64,000 bases of DNA from a bacterium (GCA_965261595.1 CBDHDG010000004.1:192001-256000), one strand, 5' to 3'; shown: positions 10,754-22,222, numbered from the stretch's first letter. Notes: generated from the letters alone by a model not told the origin. Numbers and translations are program-made.

Positions 10754-10861
10754 CGCGTTTGAAAGTGAAGCATATGGGGATTGAGTCGATCGTGTATTAT
10801 TACCTCCGATGAATCTTCGTGAAAAATACAGGCTGACACTAGTCGAAACTGGGTGCAAAGC

Positions 10862-12250
10862 ATGAATCATACGCGCGACCTTCGGGGTTTCATCGAGTTT
10901 CTGGAAAAGCACCATCCGCACGAAGTGATTCGGATTCGCAAAGAAGTCGACCCGAAGTTCGGTGTTTCGGGAATCCTTGCCCAATTGGAAAAAGACGACA
11001 GGTTCCCTCTTGTCATCTTTGAAAAGGTGAAGGGTTCGGACATCCCCCTGGTCGCCAACACGCACGCCAGTATCAGCCGCCTCTGCCTGGCCTTGGGGCT
11101 CGAAGACGCGGATGTAGGGGAATTCTTGAAAGAATACGCCAGGCGGGAGGCGAATCCGCTCGAACCCCAGCACGTCGAGACCGGGCCCGTCAAGCAGGTG
11201 ATTCTCAAAGGGGACGACGTAGACGTGACCCGCCTGCCCATCTGCACCTACCATGAAAAAGACGCCGGACCGTACGTCACGGCATCCCTGGATGTCATGA
11301 AAGACCCCGAGACCGGCATCAACAACGTCGGCATCTACCGCCTGATGCTCAAGGACAAGAACACGTTCGGAATCCAGATCTCTGAGACCTCCCACGGCCA
11401 CCTGATCTGGAAACAGTACGAGAAACGCGGCGAACCCACGCCGATGGCCGCAGTCATCGGACACCACCCGGCCTTTTTCCTGGGCGCCCTGAGCTACACA
11501 CCGCTGGATATCGATGAATTCCGCATCGCCGGCGGCATGATGCGCCGGCCGGTCCGGTTGACGCCTTGCGAGACGATTCCCCTCCAAGTCCCGGCGGACG
11601 CCGAGATCGTGTTGGAGTGCGAGATCCTGCCTCATCTCCGCGAGCCGGAGGCGCCTTTCGGAGAATATCCCGGGACGTACGGTCCCGAGCGGATGAATCC
11701 CATCGTGAAGGTCAAGGCCATCACGATGCGCGAAAATCCCCTTTACCAGAACGCGTTTTGCTCGCATGCCGATGATTTTCTCCTCGGCGGCTTCACGCAA
11801 ACCGCCGCCATCGAGAATACGGTCAGGATCGCCTGTCCAACCGTCAAAGCGGTTTTTCTCCCCCCGTCCGGTTTGTGCCGATTCACCTGCTACATCGCCA
11901 TCGAGAAAATGATCGAGGGGGAGGCGAAGCAGGCGGCCATGGCGGCCTTTGTGGCCGACGCCTATCTGAAATTCGTCGTCGTGGTGGATGAGGACGTGGA
12001 CGTGACCAGCGACAAAGAGGTCCTGCGCGCCATTGCGACGCGGGTGCGCGCCGACCGGGACATCTTCATGATCACGCATGCCAAAGGCTCCCCGCTCGAC
12101 CCCGCCTCCTATAACCCGGCGGAGGGCTCCCACCTCGTCACAAAAACGGGAATCGACGCGACCCGAAAAGCCAATTACCCCGAGGAGGTCTCGGTTCCGG
12201 GGGTGGACGGAATTGATCTAAGGGAGTTCATCGAAGACTACGAGGCGTAG
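10862..12250 (+). CDS. UbiD-family (prFMN-dependent) decarboxylase/carboxylase
   Basis: DLRGFIEFLE, NVGIYR, EAPFGEYPG, VVVVDEDVD, KTGIDAT. Confidence 0.92.
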   Translation: MNHTRDLRGFIEFLEKHHPHEVIRIRKEVDPKFGVSGILAQLEKDDRFPLVIFEKVKGSDIPLVANTHASISRLCLALGLEDADVGEFLKEYARREANPLEPQHVETGPVKQVILKGDDVDVTRLPICTYHEKDAGPYVTASLDVMKDPETGINNVGIYRLMLKDKNTFGIQISETSHGHLIWKQYEKRGEPTPMAAVIGHHPAFFLGALSYTPLDIDEFRIAGGMMRRPVRLTPCETIPLQVPADAEIVLECEILPHLREPEAPFGEYPGTYGPERMNPIVKVKAITMRENPLYQNAFCSHADDFLLGGFTQTAAIENTVRIACPTVKAVFLPPSGLCRFTCYIAIEKMIEGEAKQAAMAAFVADAYLKFVVVVDEDVDVTSDKEVLRAIATRVRADRDIFMITHAKGSPLDPASYNPAEGSHLVTKTGIDATRKANYPEEVSVPGVDGIDLREFIEDYEA

Positions 12251-12419
12251 GATCAACAGAATCTTCTGAAAGCGGCCCGGCCCTTTCTCCCTTCGAACGG
12301 GCTTTTCCTGTCGAAAAGCGCGGTCTTCAGACCTATCTTTTAAAAATTGCTGTTTCGATGGGAAGGTCCCGGTGTTTGGGATTTTTTCGGATGACCGGCT
12401 CGTTACCCAAGGAATCGTG

Positions 12420-14059
12420 ATGAAAGCATCCGACCTGTTTATCCGCTCACTTGAACAGGAGGGAGTTGAATACATCTTCGGCGTTCCGGGGGAGGAGACC
12501 CTCGACTTTCTCGAATCCTTGAGGGAGTCCCGGATCCGGTTCATTTTGACCCGGCATGAGCAATGCGCGGGGTTCATGGCGGCCACGTACGGGCGTTTGA
12601 CCGGCAAGGTCGGCGTGTGCCTCGCCACCCTCGGCCCGGGCGCGACCAACCTGGTCACCGCCGCCGCTTACGCCCAACTGGGCGCCCTGCCGATCCTGAT
12701 GATCACCGGCCAGAAGCCGGTCAAGAAAAGCAAGCAGGGCCGGTTTCAGATTGTGGACGTCGTCGAGATGATGCGGCCCATCACAAAATTCACAAAACAG
12801 ATCGTCACTGGAGACAGCATCCCCGTTCTTGTCCGGGAGGCGGTGCGACTCGCGCAGGAGGAACGCCCCGGGGCCGTCCACCTGGAGCTGCCCGAAGACA
12901 TCGCCACCGAGACGACCACCGCAGCTCCCTTTGAGGTCAGCGCCGCAAGAAGGCCGAGCGCGAACGAGCGCGTGATCGATGAAGCGGTGGAGATGCTGAA
13001 GGCCGCCAAGATGCCGCTTGTCCTGATCGGCGCCGCCGCCAACCGGAACCGACGAGCGTCGCCCTGGCCGAATTGATCGAGAAAACGGGCATCTATTTTT
13101 TCAACACCCAGATGGGCAAAGGGGTCGTCGATGAACGACATCCCCTGTTTCTTGGAACGGCCGCCCTTTCCACCGAGGACTACCTGCATCGCGCCATCGA
13201 GGCCGCGGACCTGATTGTCAACGTCGGTCATGACGTGATCGAAAAACCGCCTTTCTTTATGGAGCCTCAGGGGGCGCGGGTTATTCACATCAATCATTTT
13301 TCGGCGAACGTGGATGAGGTGTATTTTCCGCAATTGGAGATCGTCGGCGACATTGCCACGACCGTCGAGCGTCTCACCGGGCGTCTCAAGGACGGCGGGC
13401 CTTGGGCGTGCGGCTACTTCGACCGGGTGAAAGAGGAAATCGAAGGCCACATCCGCGAGAAAAGCCGGGATTCCAGATTTCCCGTCATTCCGCAGCATCT
13501 GGTCGCGGCCGTCCGCGAGGTCATGCCGGATAACGGGATCATCGCGCTGGACAACGGCGTCTACAAGATCTGGTTCGCCAGAAACTACAAGGCCTACCAA
13601 CCCAATACGGTTTTGCTCGACAACGCCCTGGCGACGATGGGCGCCGGCCTTCCTTCCGCCATGTGCGCGAAGCTCGTCCACCCTGATCGGAAGGTGATGG
13701 CGGTATGCGGGGACGGGGGGTTCCTGATGAACTCCCAGGACCTCGAAACGGCCGTCCGGCTGGGCCTGGATTTGGTGATCCTCATTCTCCGGGACGACGC
13801 CTATGGGATGATTCGCTGGAAACAGGCGGGGATGGGATTCCAGGACTTCGGCCTGACGTACGGCAACCCCGATTTCGTGAAGTACGCGGAGAGCTACGGG
13901 GCGGCCGGACACCGCGTTTCATCGACAGACCGGCTGACGACCCTCCTCAAAGAGCAATTGGACAGCCCCGGCGTCCACATTGTGGAAGTTCCCGTGGATT
14001 ACTCCGAAAACGAAAGGGTCCTGATTGAGGAGCTTCAGTCGAAGACATGGACCTTGTAG
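12420..14059 (+). CDS. acetolactate synthase large subunit-like ThDP enzyme (frameshift near 13050, likely error)
   Basis: FGVPGEE, RHEQCAGFMA, LGPGATN, GDGGF..N ThDP motif; two ORFs join with one missing G. Confidence 0.85.
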
Positions 14060-14134
14060 GGGAGAGCGATGCCGGGTCGGCTTTTCAGGAAGGGCGAATC
14101 GATACACCGATAATTTAGATTAATTAGATATATA

Positions 14135-14147
14135 TAACATATTGATT
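14135..14147 (-). promoter_or_regulatory. IHF-consensus site in AT-rich intergenic island
   Basis: Minus strand AATCAATATGTTA matches WATCAAN4TTR. Confidence 0.5.
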
Positions 14148-14268
14148 AAAGAAGGAATAAATCTTCAATCCATGAAACCGTCCTGGTTGCGCTGGGACCA
14201 AAATCCTCCAAAACCGTTCTTCTCGAAGGGACGGCCCCTCAACCTCGCGGTTCGTTAGGGGGGGGGCG

Positions 14269-15609
14269 CTATTGTCCATACCGATCCTTATAGAAATCCA
14301 GGAGCTGTTGAATCTGGTCCTTCGTCATTCCTTTTCGCCAGGCGTGCATCTTCCCTTTGACGTGTCTGGCCGATATGCCCGGCATCAGCGCCTCCGCCTC
14401 GGGCAGGAACTTGAAGTAGAAGTGCTTGGCCACCTCGTAGAACCCGTGCCACTGGGTGTAATCTGGGCCTTGCATCGAGACCCCCATCCGCGCGCGGCGG
14501 CCCTCGTGATGCCAGAGCTCGAAAAAGGTCCACTCGATCTTATCGTCGAAGGGCGTCGGCGTGATCTTTCCCGCCGCCTTGAGCTCCTTCATAACGGCCT
14601 GCGCCGGCCTGGCGAACTTGTCGTTGTAGAGAATGACCGCATTGTCGAACTGCTTGTAGAACCCGTCGATGAACGCGGGGCCGTGACACGCCACGCAGAC
14701 CTGTTTCATGTCTTTCCGCCTCGCTTCCCAATTCTCAAGCTTCGTCGAGATGACCGGCCGAAGCGTCCAACTGATCCGCTTGCCGACGTCATGCGTGACC
14801 GGCAGGTTCTTGGTGGCGCTCATGTGGCACGTCGCGCACGTCGGCGCGGCTGAGTAGTCCTTGCCCACGATCCAGGACTTGCTCTCCAGGTTTATCTCAT
14901 TGATTCGGGCGCGAAAGACGATGCCGTGCTTCGATTCGTTGTAGATCTCGATCTGCGGATGATCGGGTCCCATGTGGCACTTCCCGCAGTTTTCCGGCTG
15001 CCGGGCCTGGGCGCGGGCGAACACGTGGCGGGCGTGGCAGGCGGAGCAAGCCCCGTTGCTTCCGTCGGGATTGATCCGCCCAATTCCTGTGTTGGGCCAG
15101 GTGGCGGGGTCCAGCTTGCCGTTTGCCATCACCTTGACGATGCTGCCGTGGCATTTCTGGCAACCGGTGATGGCGGCGGGGTTGCCCTCGACGACCACGC
15201 CGAGGAAGTTGTCCAGGGAGCCGATGAACTGCGTGGCCTTGGCGTGGTGGCTCGCCTGGAACTCCGTGACCTGCGGCTGGTGGCACTTGGCGCAATCCTT
15301 GGGCGATACGATGGTGGCGACGAGACTGCCTTCATGCTCCCAGGCGTCCGGGTCGCCCTTGTTTGCGGCGTGGCAATCGGCGCAGCCTACGCCCAGCGTC
15401 GCGTGGGTGCTGTCCTCCCATTGCTTCACGATCCCAGGCGTTTTTTCGCCGTGGCAGGTGACGCACGCCTCGTTTTTCGCCGTGACGACCGGCTTGGCTT
15501 TTTTGTCCGGCAGAAGCCGGTCGCTCTCGATCCAACCCACAATGAGGAGAGAGGCCAGAAAGAACAGACTCAGAATCGCGACGATCCACTGCTTCACCCT
15601 AAAATCCAA
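14269..15609 (-). CDS. membrane-anchored octaheme cytochrome c, HAO-like family
   Basis: Eight CxxCH motifs (CVTCH, CADCH, CAKCH, CQKCH, CSACH, CGKCH, CATCH, CVACH), GPDHPQ.EIY.ESKHG, APTCATCHM, N-terminal TM helix; GGAGG RBS. Confidence 0.9.
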   Translation of the reverse strand: MDFRVKQWIVAILSLFFLASLLIVGWIESDRLLPDKKAKPVVTAKNEACVTCHGEKTPGIVKQWEDSTHATLGVGCADCHAANKGDPDAWEHEGSLVATIVSPKDCAKCHQPQVTEFQASHHAKATQFIGSLDNFLGVVVEGNPAAITGCQKCHGSIVKVMANGKLDPATWPNTGIGRINPDGSNGACSACHARHVFARAQARQPENCGKCHMGPDHPQIEIYNESKHGIVFRARINEINLESKSWIVGKDYSAAPTCATCHMSATKNLPVTHDVGKRISWTLRPVISTKLENWEARRKDMKQVCVACHGPAFIDGFYKQFDNAVILYNDKFARPAQAVMKELKAAGKITPTPFDDKIEWTFFELWHHEGRRARMGVSMQGPDYTQWHGFYEVAKHFYFKFLPEAEALMPGISARHVKGKMHAWRKGMTKDQIQQLLDFYKDRYGQ

Positions 15610-15637
15610 CCGACCATCCTCCCAGCCGGGCCTCGTC

Positions 15638-16699
15638 TTATGATGCGAGGCCTTCCCAAAGCATGAGGCCCGTCAACAGCAGGACCGCGGCGATTCCCAC
15701 GTAGATGCTGATTTCCAATCCGGGCGCTTTCTTATCAATGCCGGCGTCGATCCAGGGCCACAGGACCATGACCCCGACGCCCAGCAGAGCGCTCAACAGC
15801 CCGACCTGGAAAGAGAAGAGTTTCAACCAACGGAAGACCGGGTAGAAATACCACTCCGGCTTGATGTGCTCGGGCGTCACGGCGGGGTCCGCGGGTTCTC
15901 CCAGAGCGGCCGGAAAGATGAGGGCCAACTGGCTCAGGAGAAACATGAGAAAAACCGCGATGATCATCTCCGTCAGGATGTGGTCCGGAAAAAACGGAAA
16001 AAACCGCTCTTTCTCACCCGTCCCGCCCGCGCCCCCTTCGCGGCGGATTTCCGTCACGCCGTGGGCCCGGATCAGAAACACGTGCGCGGCGATCAGCAGA
16101 AACGCCAGTGTGGGCAGAACGCCGATGTGAAAGATGTAAAAGCGCGTGAGCGTGTTCGGCCCCACCGCGGGTCCGCCCCGTATGAACCCGGCGATGTAGC
16201 TCCCGACGAACGGCACGGCCTCGGAGATGTTCGTCCCCACCACCGCCGCCCAGTAGGAAATCTGGCTGTATTGCAGTGAATACCCCGTGAACCCGAAGCT
16301 CATGATGACGAGCAGAAGCCCGAAGCCGACGACCCAGTTCAACTCTCTCGGTTTCCGGTACGCGCCGGTGAAAAACACCCGCATCATGTGAAGGATGACC
16401 GAGACGACCATCAGGTGTCCCGCCCAGACGTGGATGCTTCTCAGGTACCAGCCGAAGGGCACAACCTCGGAGATGTGGCGCACCGAGTCATAGGCCCTGT
16501 CGGCTTGCGGGACGTAGTAGAAGGTCAGCGCGATGCCGGTCGTGACCTGGATGAAGAAGAGGTAGAGGGGCGTGCCGCCCAGACAGAACCACCACGACTT
16601 GAGGTGCCGGGGGATGGGCTCGCTGCTGAGGTGCCTGAGGTTGTCCCAATCGATGGGGACGCGTGTGTTGAGCCAGTCGATGACGCTGGACTTCGCCAT
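15638..16699 (-). CDS. cytochrome b/b6 subunit of a Rieske/cyt b complex (fused b6 + subunit IV)
   Basis: RSIH...LH and FH...AH heme ligands, KPRELNW, PEWY, and WFCLGG (heme ci Cys). Confidence 0.92.
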   Translation of the reverse strand: MAKSSVIDWLNTRVPIDWDNLRHLSSEPIPRHLKSWWFCLGGTPLYLFFIQVTTGIALTFYYVPQADRAYDSVRHISEVVPFGWYLRSIHVWAGHLMVVSVILHMMRVFFTGAYRKPRELNWVVGFGLLLVIMSFGFTGYSLQYSQISYWAAVVGTNISEAVPFVGSYIAGFIRGGPAVGPNTLTRFYIFHIGVLPTLAFLLIAAHVFLIRAHGVTEIRREGGAGGTGEKERFFPFFPDHILTEMIIAVFLMFLLSQLALIFPAALGEPADPAVTPEHIKPEWYFYPVFRWLKLFSFQVGLLSALLGVGVMVLWPWIDAGIDKKAPGLEISIYVGIAAVLLLTGLMLWEGLAS

Positions 16700-16703
16700 T
16701 GAA

Positions 16704-17162
16704 TCAGCCCCCCCCCCTCGCCATTTCGACGAAGACGCTTCTGCCCCGGACCTGAACCGGAATCTGCCGCAACGGCGTCGGGGGCGGTCCGGCAATCGGC
16801 CTGCCTTCGGCGTCGAAGTAGCCATCGTGGCACGGGCAGTGGAACTTTTTCTGCTCCGGCCGCCAGAAGACCTGGCACCCCAGGTGGGTGCACCGTGTGT
16901 CGAAGGCCTGGATCCGGTCCCCGGAATTGACCAGGACGAACTTCCGCCCCGCCAAGTCCTTGTACGTTCTGCTGGAGCCCGTGGGGATGTCGCCGATGGA
17001 CGCGACCAGAATGTTTAAGACGGGCGGGCGGCTCTGTCTGCCGAACAGGTACCGCAGACCATAGACGGCCGCGGTCCCGAAGCTCAAGAGCAGGCCGGCG
17101 GCCATGAACACCGTTGCGATGAACCCGCGCCTGTCGAGCTTCCGATCGACCTCTGAAACCAA
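16704..17162 (-). CDS. Rieske 2Fe-2S subunit
   Basis: RRGFI Tat-like anchor, CTHLGC and CPCHDG boxes, GPPPTPL; TTG start after GGAGG. Confidence 0.92.
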   Translation of the reverse strand: MVSEVDRKLDRRGFIATVFMAAGLLLSFGTAAVYGLRYLFGRQSRPPVLNILVASIGDIPTGSSRTYKDLAGRKFVLVNSGDRIQAFDTRCTHLGCQVFWRPEQKKFHCPCHDGYFDAEGRPIAGPPPTPLRQIPVQVRGRSVFVEMARGGG

Positions 17163-17390
17163 CTTGCCTCCCCCCTCCCCCCCCGTGGACAACGACTACG
17201 CAATCGGGACAGCACCGGAGACAAGAACCATCCTTTGGGCATTTCCCAAAAGGCAGCCACATCATCAAACAATTTTCGCAAACAAACAAGGAAAACGCGC
17301 CGGCTTTTCTCAAATCCCTTCGGTTCGCCGCCGATGGCGGGCCGGCGGGCGGGGATTCCTCAAAATACCAGAGGCGCTCACGACTCTTCC

Positions 17391-18341
17391 TCACCCCCCC
17401 ACCTTCGGGATGACCTCCTCGGCCAGCATCTCCACCTGGTCGGGATGATACTTGTAGGGAATCAGGACGATTCGATTCACGCCGACGTCCGCGTGCCGCC
17501 GGAGCTGCTCCGCGCAGTGATCGGCCGATCCGATGATCGCGCTCTCCTTCGTGGATTCGCTCCACGAGGCGTAGTCCCACTCGGTCGTGAGCCACTCCTC
17601 CATGTCCGCCCGCTCCCGGTCGGACTGGGTGACCATGATGGGGATCTGATTCAGGCTTTCCAGCTCGTTCGGGTCCCGGCCGGCTTCCTCGGCGTAGCCC
17701 TTGATCTTGTCCATGGACCGCGTGAACGCCTCCGGGGTGTAGAAATACGTCAGCCAGCCGTCCCCCTTTGTCGCCGTCCGCTTCAACACCCGGTCGGCGT
17801 ATCCGCCGATCAGGATCGGTGGGCGCGGATTCTGAAAGGGCTTAGGCTGGAGCACGGCGCTGCGCAGGTTATGGGGAGGGTACTCGCCGCTCACCTTGTC
17901 TTCGGTCCAGAGTCGGGTGAGGATCTCCAGATTCCGGTCGAACAGGTCGCCGCGTTTTTTGAACGGGATGCCGACGGCGTCGAACTCCCGGGCGTACCAG
18001 CCGCTGGCCAGGCCGAGGATGAGCCGCCCTTTCGAGATGATGTCGAGCGTCGCCGTCTCCTTGGCCAGAATCGCCGGGTTTCTCAATGGGAGGACGAGGA
18101 CGCCCGTCCCCAGCTTGATCGTCGTTGTGTGACACGCGATGGCCGTCAGAAGGGTCAGCGAGTCCAGGATCGGGAAGCAGGGCTCCACGCCGAGGAAGAT
18201 GTGGTCCCACACCCAGACGGAATCGTACTCCAACTCCTCCGCGCGCTGGCAAAAGGCGATGAGGTCATCCGGATCGGGCATCTCCGGATAGGCCGTAAAG
18301 CTCCTGACGCCCAGGCCAAACGTCACACCGTTCCCAGTCAT
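17391..18341 (-). CDS. LLM-class (luciferase-like) flavin/F420-dependent oxidoreductase
   Basis: AEELEYDSVWVWDH, KLGTGVLVLPLRNP, LDIISKGRL.LG, PKPFQNPRPPILIGG. Confidence 0.9.
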   Translation of the reverse strand: MTGNGVTFGLGVRSFTAYPEMPDPDDLIAFCQRAEELEYDSVWVWDHIFLGVEPCFPILDSLTLLTAIACHTTTIKLGTGVLVLPLRNPAILAKETATLDIISKGRLILGLASGWYAREFDAVGIPFKKRGDLFDRNLEILTRLWTEDKVSGEYPPHNLRSAVLQPKPFQNPRPPILIGGYADRVLKRTATKGDGWLTYFYTPEAFTRSMDKIKGYAEEAGRDPNELESLNQIPIMVTQSDRERADMEEWLTTEWDYASWSESTKESAIIGSADHCAEQLRRHADVGVNRIVLIPYKYHPDQVEMLAEEVIPKVGG

Positions 18342-18720
18342 CTTTTTCTCCTCTCAACCATGGTCTCCTGTGGAGACCGAATGAATCCACCGGAGCACTG
18401 GCTTGTCTCAACATCCGGATGTGCCCGGGGAACCGCACATGCCCTTTCCCCGTGCGGGGGCGTGCGCGAAGATTTCCAGCACTGGATTAGACCGAATCCT
18501 CGGCTTCCTGGCAAGTCGTCGATAGAAAGGGGGGAGACAATTCTAATGGTTGTGCAAAGAGACCTTATCTCTGATAACATGATGGGCCATGTCAAACGAG
18601 GATAAGATTAGGATGCCGAAAGGTTGTATCTGGAAAATTCCGGATGAACTCTATGAGAGGCGTCAATCTCTTCTTCATTTCTCCCTGAGGCCGTTTGGCA
18701 TCCATTTTTAGAGGTTTCCA

Positions 18721-20388
18721 CCGGAATTTCCCATATCAACTTGCTTGGGTGGTTTCCGGTCCCCTTTCCCGATGAAAACCAGTTGATCCCCTTCCGATGG
18801 GTTTGTCAAGAGCCTTCCAACCCTCCGCAACAAGGTGCTGACGGCCATCGACTGCCCCAAAAGGCGGACCCTCGCCCTTCGGTCCCCTTTATTCGCGGTT
18901 CAACCCGTTAACCAATCACCTCATGCTGCCGGGAACCCTCTGCACAAGGTTAGACCGGCACCGGCCGTAATCGGTTGATTCGGTCCAGGATGATGGCGAA
19001 CTCTTCCCTGGACACCGCTACTTCGGCCAATTGAAAGATGATCTGCCGGGCGTGCCGCACAATCCTCCCGCCCATTTTGATGAGCTTGACCTGGAGGCTT
19101 CGCAGCGACCAGTGCTTGAGCCCCCTGGGCAAGGCTAGCCTGCGCAGGAAATTGCCCAGGTTGTACGCCAGGACGAAGAGAAGGAGCCGCACCTGGTTGC
19201 ACACGAACCGGTGACAGGAAAGGCGTGTCCAGTTCATGGCGTACTTGCCTTCCTTGATCCATTGCTCGGCTGTGCCTCGCTGGTTGTAGAAGTGCACGAC
19301 CCCCTCGGGTCGAGCCGTCAGGTTCGTGACAATGAATCCGACGCGAGGGAAGAGTTCGCCTGAGTGCCATTCCACCTTCGCCACGACCCGCCGGGAACGG
19401 TCCCAGCTTCCAGCCTGATACCGGAAGTCGTAATAGAAGATGATGGGTCTCTTGGGCGGGCGACCGACCGGGCGGGTGAGGAGGAAGTCGATCTCTCGCT
19501 GCACCACGTCGTTGGCGGGAAGGCGGATGGCGTAAAGGAAGCTGTGCGCTTCCAGGCACTCATAGACCTCCGGGCGCGCAAAGGCGGCATCGGCTCGGAA
19601 GTAACGGCGAACACCCGCCCGCTCATACCGGGCCGCGATGGGCGAAAGCAACTCGCGCCAGCCATCGGCGCTGTGCACGTTGCCGGGGCGCAACATCGCC
19701 CCTTCGCAGTCCCCGAACTGGTTAAAGCAAAAAAGAGGGTGATAACAGGTGCAACGAAAGTGGCCGTTGTAGGCCGTACCTTCCTGCTCCCCATGGACGG
19801 GGCTTTCCGAGCTGTCCATGTCCAGGATGATTCGCTGATGGGGTGAGTGTGCCATGGCCCGGTCCACCCACTCCCGGTTCAGCTCGCTCCGGCCCCTTGA
19901 GATTCTCCTCCCTGGTGAGAACCTCGGTCTCGAACCGGCTCAGGGTGTTGGCGCCCGCCGCCTGCTTCTCAAGCGCTCGGCGGCCGACCACGGCTTGCAT
20001 CGCGGGGTCCTGGGCCAACCGCTCGGCATCGTTGGTGTCTTCATACCCTGCCAAGCGGCTATAGACCGACTGGCGCAATAGCGGCGCCAACTCATGCTGG
20101 ATGTTCCGGCCATGACGGATCTCTTGCAATTGCACTGGCGCTCTCACCGTCAAACCCAGCGCATCATCCAGCTCCCGGCAGGCCAGCAATCCCGCATCCG
20201 AAGTGATTCTGGTTCCGTGAAACTCAAGCCTCAGCCGACGGTCAAAACGGATCTTCAAAGCCCCCTTCTTCGCTTCACCCATTGGGTCCCCTCGCAAGAT
20301 GATGGCAGGGAGAGGCCAACACCTTGATCTTACACGAGAAAACGGCATTCGGTCCGACAAAACTTATGATCCATATGGGAAATGCGGG
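18721..20388 (-). mobile_element. IS1380-family element, copy 1 (1668 bp)
   Basis: 16-bp IRs CCGGAATTTCCCATAT / CCCGCATTTCCCATAT; near-identical inverted copy at 22546-25594. Confidence 0.92.
18950..20282 (-). pseudogene. IS1380 transposase (DDE_Tnp_1_4), frameshifted near 19890
   Basis: ITSDAGLL, AGYEDTND, ILDMDSS..PVHGEQEG..YNGHF, RADAAF, YNQRGTAEQWIKEGK. Confidence 0.88.
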
Positions 20389-20814
20389 TTAAGGTCTTTC
20401 TGATTTGTGATTTCTTGGTTCCCGGATTCGGCGTTCAAGCTGACCGTGTGGTTTGCATCGAAAAACCCGTTGGCGGCAAGGCTCTTCGCTATTTGGGCGG
20501 CGTTGTAGTAGTCAAACGTTCCTCTTTTGAAGTATGTCGACCCGGCCAGAAGCTCGTTGTACCGAATGATATAGTTCTCAATGGCGCTCTTTAAGTCTTT
20601 CGTATTTAGGGCAGACAACACCTTGTCATTAAATACCTTATCGTACTCGAACGAAGAAAATAGGTTGTCCTTTTGCTCTTCCACTTCCCTCTTTATACGA
20701 ATTAGTGCGGCATCTAACTCGACGCTAGTGGGCATGATCGCAGACGATATCTCAACCTCCAGATCTTTCTTGGAGCCCGATTGAATCTTAATTGCGCTGA
20801 GAAGCGCTGCCTTG
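20389..20814 (-). pseudogene. third fragment of disrupted AAA/ABC-type ATPase gene
   Basis: In frame with 22223-22545 once the IS3 and one GCTG duplication are removed (EAA|KAALLSAIKIQSGS...); cut off by IS1380 copy 1. Confidence 0.8.
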
Positions 20815-20818
20815 GCTG

Positions 20819-22222
20819 TGGACCGCCCCTGGGTTATTGGACACTCGGGTGAGGGTATTCGACCTCATGCGGCCTCCGCAACTTGAGCGAGTTTTTCCTG
20901 CCTTGCCTGGGCCGGCGTTCGGTAGCCGTAGCCCTCGAGAATCCAATGATGGTTGTACAGGTTCTTGAACTCAAGCAGCGCCCACCGCAGTTCCTCTACG
21001 GTGGCGAAAGAGCGCACCCACAGGAGATTCTCCTTCAAGATGCGGATGAACCACTCACAGTAGCCATTTCCCTCGGGCGCCCGCACGAAGCTGGGCGAAC
21101 TGGTCATGCCCAGGTAGGCGATCTCCCGCTGAAAGTCATCGGACAGATAGGCGGGGCCGTGGTCGTGACGAACTTTAAGCCCCTCGGCGACGTCCGCCTC
21201 CAAGCCGGCGAAGCGCTCGGCGACCCCCTGCCGGATCGGCTCCAGGGCCTCGAAGCGGTTGCCGCTCTTGGCCGCATGGATCCCCACGCAGTCCACCGAA
21301 CAGTGATCCACCGCCACGAACACCGAGGCCACCCCCTCCTCGGTGGTCACCGTCGTCGTCATGTCCGTGCCCCACATTCGGTCGGGCCGCTCGGTGCGGA
21401 TGGTCCCGTTGTGGGCCTTGGGACCTCGGGGTTTGCCCACCCGGTGGGGGGCCTGAAGCCCCGCCTCCCGCATCAGGCGACGCACCCGCTCCTTGCTGGT
21501 GCGGATGCCCGCGAAGCGCAGCCTCGCCCACACCTTGCGGTAGCCCTCGCCATGGAAGGGAGAGTCCTCCAGGACCTGCCGGATGTGACCGAGGAGTTCC
21601 GCATCGGTGCACGGGCCCACAGGGCCGCGCTTATTGGGCGTGGGGCGTTCATGAACGGGGACCGCCTCTCGCCGCCGTTGCGCGTAGACCGTGGAGCGCG
21701 CCAAGCCCCAAAGGGCGCACACCCGCTTCAGGCCGTAGGCTCTGCCCGTGGAGGTGAAGCGGGCCTGACTCATCGCCTCCACCTCCTGCCGGCTAAAGGG
21801 CGGCCGGCCTCCAGGCGGTCGATCTTCTCCCGCAGGACCTCGCCCTCCATCGTGAGTTCGCCCACCTTGGCCTTGAGCCGGGCGTTCTCCTCGGCCCGCT
21901 CATCCGCCGGGCGAGCTTTGAGCGCCGCCTCGCCCCCGCGAAGGAACGCCTCGCGCCAGGCGGAAAGCCGAGCCGCTGTCGTGCCCAACTCGCGGCAGAG
22001 CGTCTCCAGGCTCTCGCCCCGCAAAAGACGCAGGACCGCCTCCCGCTTGCGCTGGCAGGAGAACCGACCCCGCTCACTGCGATGCCCTGGGGCCTTGGCT
22101 CCGTTCGCCCTACGGGCGCCCTCCGCCAAAGCCCCCTCTTGCTTTTGTTCGTTCATCGCGACACCCCTTTCTCCATGAATCATGGATCAATCGAGTGTCC
22201 AACAAAACCCTAGAGCGGGGGA
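20819..22222 (-). mobile_element. IS3-family element, copy A (1404 bp, 4-bp TSD GCTG)
   Basis: IRs TGGACCGCCCCTGGGTTATTGGACACTCG / TCCCCCGCTCTAGGGTTTTGTTGGACACTCG; orfA 21770-22156, orfB 20865-21782 (WGTDMT, RHDHG, NGYCE); GCTG at 20815-18 and 22223-26. Confidence 0.9.

Noticed and set aside
18386..18643. Extra IS1380-like end (ATCTGGAAAATTCCGG, 18628-18643) defining a MITE
   Set aside because: No convincing partner IR or transposase remnant; the ATGAA flanking match could be chance.
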